Counted from the stretch's first letter, positions 51,729 to 62,811 are shown. The stretch: 64,000 nt of DNA from Phoronis australis (GCA_002633005.1 NMRA01000003.1:1602503-1666502), one strand, 5' to 3'. Program-made: numbers and translations. The notes: a model not told the origin generated them from the letters alone.

Positions 51729-51950
51729 GGGCCCGTTCCAAGAAAACTGACTTAGCTAAGACAAATTTTAAATTTTAGTCAATGTTAATTTGTCTCAAGT
51801 CAGTTTCAAGAAAGTTATCTTAAGTTTGACTTAAATTTTGTCTTAATTTTGACTAACTTACCGGATGTGGAAATTTCAAAGTTTGAAAGTTGAGACAAAT
51901 CTTGGAATTAAGTAAAAAATTAACTTAAGTCAGTTTCTTGGAATGGGCCC
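51729..51950. mobile_element. PIF/Harbinger MITE (222 bp)
   Basis: CAG|GGGCCCGTTCCAAGAAAACTGACTTA ... TAAGTCAGTTTCTTGGAATGGGCCC|CAG, with a 3-bp CWG TSD. Confidence 0.85.
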
Positions 51951-52307
51951 CAGAACCGACTTTAGCTTCTTTGCCTAATATCAGAGCTTCAAAACAAGTG
52001 ATATTTTGTTACTGTTTGAAACCACAGACTCTTCAAGTTGACTTGTCACGCCGTGTCATTTTGTGCACCAAGCATGATCTCAAGGAACAACTGTCAGTTT
52101 GTTATGGTGATAAATGGTCTAAGTCAAAAGTTTGTTTTTTGTCTGAAATTCGGTTTTATAGGTGTTTTAATTTTTGGGTTTGTTCCATTTTGAATAAACT
52201 AAACTGTTATTTTCTGCCAAGCTAAAAATTTGGACAACAATTTTACTGTCTCAAACCATTCAAACTATTTTTCACTGTAATAAACTTGAAGGGTCCCTGA
52301 GATTACA

Positions 52308-52973
52308 GTGCCTGGTTGCATGAAACGGTCCCAAATAAATCTACTATGTATTTGCAGGCTTGTTAAAACACTGATTGTCCTATCTTATGCTGTTTGTCAA
52401 GGAGGCCACTGAGTGTGGCCTAGTGTGATGGTGCCCGCCTTCTTTACTCGAGGTCGTGGGTTCAAGTCCCACTGGGCCACACTGCTAGACACTTGAGTCA
52501 GGTCTCTAGCTCCTCAGCTCGGTTTTAATTATATATTAATAAAGCAGAAAAATATTTCCAGGCGAACAGTACAATGGACCCACATGCACGGCCTGCGCAC
52601 GTCTGGGACAAGGTGTACCAGACCGCCTGCAATTATTTTTTATATCTTATGCTGTTTCATTATCATTACCATGCCATTGTTTGGCTTTGATACAAATCGA
52701 GAGTGAACTCTACATTGAATTCTGAATATTATTGAAAATAAGTAGGTATCTTTTCATGCAACGCCCCCAATTTAAGACTAAGTCCCTAATTATTCTGATT
52801 GAATTAAGGGCTCAGTTTTTATTTATGTTCTTATGAAATGCCATTAGAGCTCATAATAAAGATAAAATTGTAGAAAAATATTACATCTGTACCTAAAGAA
52901 TGAAAAAAATGCGAAAAAGATTTATGGAACTTAGTCGAGTCCCTATTTGGGACTGTTTCATGCAACCTGCCAC
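52308..52973. mobile_element. Harbinger-like MITE hosting a SINE insertion
   Basis: GTGCCTGGTTGCATGAAACGGTCCCAAATA ... TATTTGGGACTGTTTCATGCAACCTGCCAC, a ~30-bp imperfect TIR. Confidence 0.65.
52396..52642 (+). mobile_element. tRNA-derived SINE with 15-bp TSD
   Basis: A-box-like TGGCCTAGTGTG and B-box GGTTCAAGTCC. Flanked by TATCTTATGCTGTTT at 52381-52395 and 52643-52657. Confidence 0.8.
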
Positions 52974-53023
52974 ATGAGCCTCTAAAGCAGTTCATTATAT
53001 TGTATTTGTAACTCTTACAACAG

Positions 53024-53154
53024 TGGAGGCTCACCGGTAGAGTTCACCACCCACAGACACCAGGAAATGTATCCATCCTCTAGCGCTCCTAGTGGTCGGT
53101 CCAAGGATGACTCTCACTCACCAGCTCATAATAAACTAAATCGCTCACTGTCAG
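53024..53154 (+). CDS. ANKFN1: ANKFN1/wake-like internal exon (GGSPVEFTTHRHQEMYPSSSAPSGRSKDDSHSPAHNKLNRSLS-G)
   Basis: Acceptor ctcttacaacAG and donor CAG|GTAAGC. 131 nt, phase 2 to 1, open in the required frame (phase 0 hits TAG). Confidence 0.85.
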
Positions 53155-54549
53155 GTAAGCTGGGGTACTACTTTCTTCTGATGTAATCTAAGGTTTGGTA
53201 TTGAGGAATATGAATTGATTTCTGGTCTATGTTTATCAAGTAGGGAACAGAACATGGCTGCCATACTCATAAATTGGAAATGCAAATTACGGGCTGGATG
53301 AACCTCAGTAAGTTCACCATCTCACAAATTCATGCCGGGATTCACAAACGGTGCTCATTGACCGCCAAACAAAGTTCTGTACACAAAGTCACAAATCATG
53401 GCTCACTGACCTTAAAAGGCGCACATACTCCATGTCTGTGTACTATGTTAGGCAGTCCATGAGCTGTGTTTGTGTTTTGGGTTACAGATGCTGTGTTTTT
53501 TAATCTGGCACTGTGTTTGAGCAAGGTTTGAGTTCAGTGGTGAACTGAATTTACTGTGCCTGTGGATCACGTATATAAGTCAGGAATGATGTTAATGTGT
53601 GTATTGTTTACATGATTTTGAAATGCATGACATCAGTTTATTCTGCATAAATTTTGAATATCACTGACATAAGGAAAAATGCCTCATTGATCCCAACTTG
53701 TTCGATTCTATAACCCAGCAACAAGTTGGGAAGATGACCCCTGTAGCCAATATCTTACACGACTGATTAACTCCATTCTGGCATTTATGGTTGGAAGGCC
53801 AGCTCTCTTTTGTTTGATAATTGCTCTAATCTCCAATAATATCCTATCTAGCCTGACTGGGCTGAGCTGTTTAAAACAAAAGTTAAAATATAACATATTT
53901 GAACATAAATCAATAGCATTTCTGAATTTCTCGTCAAATTCTGATCATTGTTTAGTTTTTGAATTGCCAAGATTGCCCAACTTCAACCGAAGTTACGACA
54001 ATCTATTCTTTCCGAACGTACCAATTCGCTCTGGGTTTGATTGTATTCACAGTGGTCTGTAATAAGCCTGGTAGATAATTGGCCTGCTTGTTGTCATACC
54101 AGACAAAAGACTGTTCTTGGCAGTTAACAAAGGAGCTGGATGTTATCACATGTTCACAACTCTCTACCTCTGGTCACAAAGTCACTGAACGAGAGAACGC
54201 CATCATGTGGATGGGCTATGATAGCATTCCCATATTGGTGTTTTCCGTAACGCACCTCAGGCAAAATAGATTACGATAGAGAAAGTTTAACTTGTTCCTG
54301 CCACATTGATGTACTTTCTAAAACTTCTACATTTTTCTTACCCCCTGACATCCCCCTTTTTGGCACTTTTCATACCTCCACGTGCCCATCTTACGTACCA
54401 GATATTATTATTTTCCATTTTACTTATTTTTATTCACTATCTGTTACTTGTAATTGTATTGTCATAATAAATAACCTTATACCACAATATCAGCCTCGAA
54501 TGGCCAATACAACCGTTTAATAACCCATTTAGTTATCTAACGATGTTAA

Positions 54550-56513
54550 AGGAGAATGCCACCCAAAAAACAACCTAGTTTGTATCAATTTAGATCGAGT
54601 ACTGTCATTTGATAACAGCAAGTACAGCTCTTTTACCTGACACCTGACGACAGACGGAGGTGTTGAAAATAACCAATGACGTCAGAGGTTCGAATGCAGT
54701 TTGTTCAGCAGTTCACAACACGCTTACTTGTGTCAGCTTATCGCTTGAATTCATTGTGTTACACCAACAAATCATCAAAATTCGTTGTAAAACTCTTACA
54801 AATACACCAATTTAACGAACAAACGTGTTATTTTATTTCGCTGTTTCGGATTTTTAGGTATTTTAATGTACCTTAGCCTACAAAGTTCGGTTGGCCAATT
54901 TACCAAGGTCGCTGAGTCGCTGGAGTTTGGGGTCTGTTCAGTGATGAATTCAAATTATTCGTCCGTGTGAAATACAGACCGGAGAAAACAGCTGTATGTT
55001 GTAATTTTAGACGCAATTTTTTCAGTTCTAAACACACAAGACGCTTGCTATCCTGGCCAGTGGCTCGGAACCCAATCAGGCCCTTTGCGGCTGGACTGAA
55101 GACATCACAAACATAAACTAGCCAAAGTTGGTAACTAAACTTTACTAGTGAGCCAAAGAAAATATGTGCATTTGATTATTTTGGTGAATTAGCCGCGTAA
55201 CTGCAAATCTGCTCGTCAGGGGTCGCAAAGTCAGGTTACCCTTCCACAGAACCGTCAGGGCAAAAGTTGTACAGTAACAATGATTCGAATAATGTATATG
55301 AATATCTAAATAAAGATTCCCCTAACATCTGACCATAGGATAAAAAATCGAATGATTGTGTTTCACAACAGCTTTCTGTATCAGCATGCGTTCACATGGC
55401 CTTGGTGCCCAGTCAATTAGTTTATTGCATTTGAAGCTGGTAGCACAGTGATTTATTCATTGCTGGCTTCCCAAAACATTTGCACTCACGAACACTCCAA
55501 GGCATTACAAATTGTATCTAATAAGAGATTTTGTTTCAGTTTTATATAAGCATTGGTTAGGGTGAGAATAATTCATTTTGAAACAGAACGCACAATAATA
55601 AACGTCAACTCGCAATCCTGACTTAGACAAGTGCTCATCCGACGAAGACTTCACAGGTTGATTGTTAGGTTTACAGGCTATCAGTTCAAACCGGAATACA
55701 CTGGTCAAGAAATAATTGATAGGCTCCGTGGACGTGCTCAGACAATGGAACATATAGATAGTTCTGAAAAACGTTTGAATGACTTGTCTTGGTGTCAGTG
55801 AGCTAACTGCACGATAATGGAACGTCAGTCGCTTGCGTTTGCTGCCACGAAATTCCACAAGTGAAACATTTTCTTGGAGAAGCGCAGGTGTGTCTTACGG
55901 ACCATTATGATTTTGCACCACATCTAAACGGAGGTGTGCTTATGACGTTTTTTAGGTCTGAGAAAAAGAACTGACGAAAATATCGTACACCTAGAGGACC
56001 AAACAGAAGCCTCACGAACGAGTCAGTCATCAAACAGGTTATATAAAACGTTATGTTCTCATGTCTTGAATTAATTTCAATTGTTTATGTTTTCATGGCC
56101 AACTATAATTCTCCATTGTCATAAGCCGATCAACAACTGATCCGACAAAATGCATGCCACTGACAGACACGGAGAAGTTTCACAGCCTCATACTAGGTAT
56201 TAACGGCGTACTTTTCATTCTTCATTACCGCAAGCCACTTCCGAGAGCATTATGGGCTCTCAAGGAAATCAAAAAAACGATATACCCTCTTTTCTCGTAG
56301 CTTCATAGTTTACACAAGCGGGAACGTTACACCACACCATAGCGGCACTCGCTCTGCAGAAGAACCACTGACGTCGCTGCGTCGTTTCTCACCTTCCTCA
56401 CATATTAATGCGACACCTCTCACCGAGCTAAGATCGACCGCATACGAGGTGACTTGGATATAGACTGATTAAGAGGGTTAAAAAAGAGTAATTAAATTGG
56501 GTGGCATTCTCCT
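54550..56513 (-). mobile_element. Kolobok (T2-like) DNA transposon, ~1.96 kb, defective
   Basis: TTAA|AGGAGAATGCCACCCAA ... TTGGGTGGCATTCTCCT|TTAA. 17-bp perfect TIR, TTAA TSD and an internal THAP remnant. Confidence 0.9.
56147..56340 (-). pseudogene. THAP zinc-finger remnant (N-terminus of a Kolobok transposase)
   Basis: The - strand from ATG 56340 reads MVWCNVPACVNYEATRKEGISFF*FP*EPIML/RKWLAVMKNEKYAVNT*YEAVKLLRVC/GMHF. This fits the THAP pattern C-x4-C...FP...W...VC.xHF, with two frameshifts and three stops. Confidence 0.8.
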
Positions 56514-56529
56514 TTAAATAACATTTTGG

Positions 56530-56610
56530 CAGGAAACCGAGGCCGGTTTTGAACCCAGCCCGCAAGAGTTTCGGGTCGTCGGCTTTACCACTGCACCACC
56601 CACCAACTGA
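56530..56610 (-). mobile_element. tRNA-derived SINE head next to, and probably interrupted by, the Kolobok element
   Basis: The - strand reads GGTGGTGCAGTGGTAAAGCC (A box) ... GGGTTCAAAACC (B box), ending a few bp before the Kolobok TTAA. Confidence 0.6.
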
Positions 56611-57137
56611 CGTCATCGAATGTGAAAATAGAATACATAAATGATCACGCGTAACAATCGCGTGTTCAACAAACGGCATTGTACCAACATTAATAAGCCA
56701 TGAAAAAATAAGACGGAAAATTTCATTCAGTAAAATTTATCTGTCATTTTCTCTCACTTGTAAATCATCAATCTCCAGTTTGCATGCGAGTAACGTGGTC
56801 GGGATGCTTTGACTTGGACATTAAACTCAGTAACCAATGGTAACCTATTTTAGCACACGATATTTTCACGGTGGAAGCTTAGCATGATAAGATGTGTAGT
56901 AAGGTAGAGTAGTTGCTTAAAATAAGAATTGTTTTACAGATTCTTTTTAGTTCTGTTTTGTCTCAATTTTTATTTGGTTTTAAGTAAAAACATCATTTTA
57001 ACAAGAAAAGCTCAGCGTTTCTTGAAAGGTCATGACCTCCGACCTCGGACATAGAAAGTAGTTGCTAAAGCTGAGGCGAGTAAAGACGGGTAGACCGATT
57101 AATTGCAATGTTTCTCATTCAGTATTTGGTATAAATA

Positions 57138-59502
57138 CCGTAATCGTTCGGGTTAACGCCCATGCTCAGTTAACCGCCCATCCCCGACTTTAAGTGGATT
57201 TTCGATTTAACCGCCCACTGCTCGGTTAAGCGCCCCCCTGCGATTTTTGAAGATTTCCAGTTAAGCGCCCACCTCTCGGTTAAGCGCCCATCCCCGACTT
57301 TTAAAGAAGGAAGATTTAGCGCCTAGTGCTAAGGAAACGCGTGATTCCCCGACTTTTAGAAAAAGATCGATGATCACAATGAGTGCAACGACGCCGAGAC
57401 TCCGAGACGGTGGTTTAGCAATCTGAATTACAATACAGGTAACGAGTTATTGTCTTGGGTCATGAACTCACTTCAAAATATAATACTTGAACCTTTTTGT
57501 CACTTTATTTTCTTCCCTTGTTTGCAAACTTTTAAGAACGCTGCCGGCGTCAAAACCTCCGCTTTCAGCAACTTTGTCTGCCGCGCTGAGTTTCCGTCTG
57601 CAGTGCACTAGATAAAACATATATTCGAAAAAATCAGGCCAGAGAAATGTGGCTATGGTTTTGCCAACCCTCCAAATTCTATTAAGGTGGGAAGCTCTCG
57701 TATTTTGAACAAATCTCACAACTCACGGAAAGATATCAAATTCTCAATATTTTGATGAATATAACTACCGGGTTATAGAGGATGTGGGGCGACCGAAGGG
57801 ACAGTACAAGTGCCTTACTGGGTTACCGATTTCGTTGCTGCCTGTCGATTTCTGAATTCAAACGTTGGCAATAATGTATGTTTGTGTATGATCTTGAAGT
57901 AATAAAAAACGGCTAGTCAATTTTTTTGTTTTTCGCTTATTGCATCTCAGTCAAACTGGTTAGCAGATTTAACTAATGTCGCTGGCTGTTCTTTACTATT
58001 TCTTGCGTCAGCCCCCACATAAGCGTGACTGTGTGAATTATCGTTTCCACATCTCCTTTTTGGCCATCCAGAATAATTTTGTTTATACATTTGCCATTTT
58101 CAGCCTGAACAAAAATTCTTACCATTGGAGTCTGAAATGTCTACGACGTAGACTGCTTGACGATAGTGGGTAGGAGATTCACGCAGCTAGTTACAGGGAT
58201 GGGCTTAGGGAGCATCGAGCCGGGAAATATGGGAATAGACTTGACATCGCAGTTTTGGGGAACATTGGCAACGGAGGAATATCGTAAAGAACTGGGTCTT
58301 TCGTAACAGCAGCTTAAAAGTACAGTCACGCCCGTTTTTGTTACTTCGTCGGACTGTCGCTATGTGTGACTGATTTCTAGTGGTGCATGTGCGCAAGTTC
58401 TCACACTTTGGAGTGCATGTTACCTTGACACCAACATGTGATTGACAGGTGACTCACACGTAGGCCCTACGTACGTGCTGAATACCGCCACTATCTTTGG
58501 CCATAAAAAACGAGATGCATATTGGAAGAGGCCGTTATATTACTTGACGGCATTTCCAAGTCACGATTGTCAGCCGACTGAGACATTGCGCGAGAACAGC
58601 GGGACCGAACAGTGCCGCAGTGCGATATTACAAGCGATATAAATAGGATAATCTGGATATCTTGCATGAAAAATAAATGTTTTTCCACCACGAAGTTTGG
58701 TAAGGTGATCGTTTAGAATAATGAATTGAAACATTGGTGTTTTCTGACATTTTGTAACATATTTATGCAGTTGCTTGAAATTTTATTCTTGATCGACGAC
58801 TGGCTCGACCACCCCCGATCCTTGTCTTACTTCTTTGCATAGCGTGTTTGGCGCAACGGCATGAGAGCAATGTCATTGAGTAACAGAGTGTCGACTATAA
58901 CATCCCAAACACAAAAAATAGCAGAAACTTTTATTACAACCAATTTTAAAACTGCTCTCTGACTCAGAATTTGACAGCTACATATAGTACAAGACTGTAA
59001 CCATAAATTTGATGTCTGACCTATGCAACACGTGAAGCTTGCACGCGCGCACTTAAGCAGGGTCACATCTTGAAACAGTTTTAATTCTAGTTGAGGCTGC
59101 GTGGTGACTGGTCGTCTGCGCGCCGCAGGACGGCACGGGGCTATTACTCAGCACTTTTGTAAATTTAATAGTGAATGACTAATCTGAGGGCAAGAGAACC
59201 TTTGTTGGGATCATCCACTGTTATGACGTTTTCACAGTCATTTGGCGACGTGCCGATAAAGCTCTTTGAAAAGGGCTACGCGTTCCGAGTATGATTGTCG
59301 TGTCGGGATTTAGATCGCCAGGTAAGATTAACCGCCCCAGCGCGGTTGTCTGTCGTAATAAGCGCCCATGTTCGGTTAACCGCCCATCTCCTACTTTAGG
59401 TGGATTTTTGATGTAACCGCCCACTGCTCGGTTAACCGCCCTCCCCCGATTTTTTGGATTCGCCAATTTAACCGCCCAGGGCGTTAACCCGAACGATTAC
59501 GG
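57138..59502 (+). mobile_element. Non-autonomous Tc2/pogo-like DNA transposon (2365 bp), same family as 37943-39167
   Basis: Identical 24-bp TIRs CCGTAATCGTTCGGGTTAACGCCC, TA TSD and TTAACCGCCC/TAAGCGCCC subterminal arrays. The first ~420 bp and last ~190 bp align with the other copy. No transposase ORF seen. Confidence 0.92.
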
Positions 59503-59590
59503 TAAATTGCCATCTTACCAGAGATTACCTATTATCTGTTATTTACCTGTATTCATTTTATTGTAATTGTACTAGTCATAATAAATGACC

Positions 59591-59937
59591 TTATATCGCC
59601 TACCTCGGTCTCCTTTTCATCTCTGCTATTGAGCTTGCGACGCACGTATCATTTATCTATTATTCGGGACATATGTCAATCATAAAGATTATTACATGTT
59701 CTCAGTCGTTATCCCCTTTATCTAGAGCTCTCGTGGATTTTGGAAAATATCGCCCAAGAGGCGTTAGCCCCTTGGGCGACAATTTTCCAAAATCCACGAG
59801 GGCTTTAGATTACGGGAGTTAATGACTTCGTCATGTAATCTATATTTATATCACCTACCATGGTCTCGTTTTCATCTCTGGTAATGAGCTTGTGACGCAT
59901 GCATTATCTATATATTATTCGGGACATATGTCGATCA
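59591..59937. repeat. ~92-bp direct repeats flanking a ~160-bp palindrome (Crypton-like hairpin element)
   Basis: DR1 59591-59682 and DR2 59846-59937 (TTATATC.CCTACC..GGTCTC.TTTTCATCTCTG...TATTATTCGGGACATATGTC.ATCA). Hairpin core CTCGTGGATTTTGGAAAAT.TCGCCCAAG.GGC-GTTA-GCCCCTTGGGCGA..ATTTTCCAAAATCCACGAG. Confidence 0.85.
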
Positions 59938-60464
59938 ACCGTACTCGTTCCTCATAGGTCAGTTCTTGATATCATCCTTTAGTCAACTGTGCTACGTGAC
60001 TCAACACATGTTTTGTTCTTCCTCAATATTTTTCCCACCAGCCATCCTGCGTTTTTTTCTATTATCTAAGTGTTATTTTAATCCTTTGTCTCATTTAGGC
60101 CTTTCAGGCAACATTCTTTCCTATCGTATTTTACTTTTGTATTCTACTTCTTTCTAACCTTTCTTATACTTGTATTTTAATTTGTTCATTCTGATCTTTC
60201 TTATTTTTTTATTGTATCTTAAATTGTGTCATAGTTGAGGGATTGCAAAAATATCGTAGAAAAGTAAAATACGTGACTGTGCAATTCAAGTAGCACGGTT
60301 GACTTTGTACCGAACGGTTGGTGCATAACGAAGTTAGAACAGTGCTAATAATAGAAGTGGGTGAAAAGGAAAATAATCCCCAGGAGTTAAATTTTATGTT
60401 GCAGCCTGGTTGTTGATTACTACCTGCTCGATATAGAACATGCATGTATCTTGTCTCTTCAAAG

Positions 60465-60569
60465 GTCGTCGTAAGAACAGTGGGGACTCTAGCGATGGCA
60501 GTCTACAACTGTTGCGTGGCGATAAGAGACGGTCGGACAGAGACAAGAAAGGAACCTTTGATGTCCAGG
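60465..60569 (+). CDS. ANKFN1: ANKFN1/wake-like internal exon (G-RRKNSGDSSDGSLQLLRGDKRRSDRDKKGTFDVQ-A)
   Basis: Acceptor ttgtctcttcaaAG and donor AGG|GTAGTT. 105 nt, phase 1 to 1. Confidence 0.85.
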
Positions 60570-60654
60570 GTAGTTATCACCAAATAGTTGCCTCTAGTGT
60601 TATAGTTAGCCTAGATAACATCAGTCTTAAATTGGCTTTAACAGTGTATTAACA

Positions 60655-60716
60655 TCGTGTTACTGCGGTTATTTTTACATTTTGAAAAGAAAGTATGAAT
60701 AACCACAGTAACACGA
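60655..60716. repeat. Short hairpin (19-bp arms)
   Basis: TCGTGTTACTGCGGTTATT ... AATAACCACAGTAACACGA, with 1 mismatch. Confidence 0.8.
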
Positions 60717-60912
60717 AGTTTTACCGTACCTTTAAAGCAGGTTTAGCTGTACTCACCTGAAGATGCCTTATGTTGTAGCAAATAAAGTGAAATTTCGTGT
60801 TTTACAATGAATTTCTTCATTTTTTAGGTTGTTGGATTATGTTTTTATATGCTACGAGAATATTTATTGACAGACTGTGTAGTAATTCATGGAATCATAG
60901 AACTGCAACTTT

Positions 60913-61282
60913 TGTTCACACGACTCCCTTTTTAGTTGGAAAATGCAACTTTTTCTTCACGCTTTCAAAATTTTTACGTCCACAGGCATTGTTTTCATAT
61001 TGATTTACCCAATCTGCACAAATGCGCTAGTTTGACTGAAAACGCAGGTTTTTCTCTGTGTTTTCAAATTTTTATCTGTTTATGTGAATACTTTAATTAA
61101 ATGATATCTACATTTTACAAAAGTTTTGCCTGTACTCAGGATTTCAGTGAATGTGGCGTTTTCAAAAAATCCTTGGCAAAAGTTTGTTTTTTGTTTGTAG
61201 AAATCTGTTAATATGTATGGACAAAAGCCTTGTCCATTAAGAAAAAGTTGCATTTTCAAATGGAAATGGAGTCGTGTGGACA
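60913..61282. mobile_element. Harbinger-like MITE
   Basis: TGTTCACACGACTCC..TT...TT.GAAAATGCAACTTTTTCTT ... AAGAAAAAGTTGCATTTTCAAA...AA.GGAGTCGTGTGGACA, ~45-bp imperfect TIRs. Confidence 0.65.
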
Positions 61283-61721
61283 GGACTTCAATTTACATTT
61301 CAGTTCAAAATTTCTCCATGTCACTTGTGCATCTAAAATGTTAAATGTCGTGGGTTTGATCCTAAGTGATTACTTTTCACCTTCAACACATTTTATTCCA
61401 TTACTTCTAAATATGGAAAGGTCGGGTTCTAGAGTAAAACATGATGTCGGCAATCGGCCAAGTCTTCAATGACAATGACGGTTTAGTCCATATCAAATGT
61501 CAGACAAAATGACTCGATATTCGCCATCCTAATGACTAAACATAGTGTTGCGTAGTTTATATGGTTGAAACGCTATGCTACGTAATGACAAGTTCATTAC
61601 GCGCCATTTTCTATACAAGCCGAATTACAGGAAAGCGGTGTTTTGCTGCTTATTTTCGGCATTGTATCCTATTTGTGTACACTGTATTCATCTATTGTAT
61701 TGGGTGCCTGTGTCCTTACAG

Positions 61722-61800
61722 CTCTGTTCAATGCTGTAGAACACCAGGACATGGACCTCGCTAACTCCATATTAAACACCGAAAACTTGGATGTCAACAG
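61722..61800 (+). CDS. ANKFN1: ANKFN1/wide awake first ankyrin-repeat exon (A-LFNAVEHQDMDLANSILNTENLDVN-S/R)
   Basis: Acceptor tgtccttacAG and donor CAG|GTAAGC. 79 nt, phase 1 to 2. The peptide matches, from memory, the ANKFN1/Wake first ANK repeat (human approx. AMFEAVEQQDMDAVQILL..ELDLN; fly approx. ALFSAVEHGHLEKARTILESTDVDVNS). Confidence 0.88.
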
Positions 61801-62787
61801 GTAAGCTTCATGGTATTTATACACTCTGCTGGCTGTCATGTGGTGCCAATGACTTATAGATGTTACCATGGTGTGCTGCCAGGCAATGGTAAACGCTTAT
61901 CAGTTTTGTGGGTAACGTTTGAAATTCAGTTATTATTAATCTATTGTAATCCGTGTTACAAAACTGATAAATGGATAGATACCATACAGATACATCGTAG
62001 TCGTAAGACGATATAAAAACATCAAGAACTTTACGTTTTGGAACTTGTCACTCTTTATTAGTCGGGCTATTGACAAAATTTGAAAGCCGTCACTCTAGAT
62101 AACAAAAGTCATTAACATTCGTTTAAGGTCTCTTTAAAGGTGTTTGTCTATTCTTTTTACATCTTTATACAGAAAGTATTTCGCCAATCAATTTTATTTG
62201 TTCTTCTGATGTATGACTTTAATGACTAATCTGAATGTTGTCAGTGAATTAATCTCAATACAACCTTTTCCTGCCTAGTTTCTATCATAATTCCAATTTT
62301 TGGCTGGTGGTCTGTTGCTGAAGTATAAATTAGTTTTGAAATTCTATCTTCTGCCAATAGATGGAGGTTGATTACAGCATGTTGTACCTAATGGGTGAAC
62401 AGCACAGTGTTTCATATTTTGTCACTGCACACTTATCGAGAAGGGTACATTGACCCTGATGCCGTGCACTTCTTTTCACATTTTAAAAGCAAAACATACA
62501 TCACGTAAACCTGTTTTCAGGCCAGTTATCAACGAAGAAATGTGAGGACATCTGTTTTTAGATATATTTATTTGATTAGGCTTACACCAAGTCTACAGTG
62601 TGGATGGTTAATGGCAAAGTCTCTCCTTCTAGATCAGCACAGTCGATACAGACAGTGTGATGCACACATGCCACCTTCTCCAGCAAATTTTCATTTGTTG
62701 TATTGGAAAACTTTTTCAAAGTAATATGAAAACTTGACATTTATTCCTGGCCTTTCTGCTGACTGTTGCGGTGATTGCATTTTGCAG

Positions 62788-62811
62788 ATTCATTGCTGGA
62801 GTCATGTCTTG
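62788..62811 (+). CDS. ANKFN1: Candidate 24-nt microexon after the first ankyrin exon (R-FIAGVMS-W/C)
   Basis: Acceptor ttgcattttgcAG and donor TG|GTAAGA. Symmetric, and open in the required phase 2. Confidence 0.3.

Noticed and set aside
52400-52480. tRNA genes (also ~40110-40190, 56530-56610 and 17900-18010)
   Set aside because: A/B boxes are present but I could not fold a full cloverleaf. A TSD or repeat context indicates SINE heads.
55505-55858. 117-aa - strand ORF as an intact Kolobok protein
   Set aside because: Non-ATG start and no catalytic motifs; at best a decayed continuation of the THAP pseudogene.
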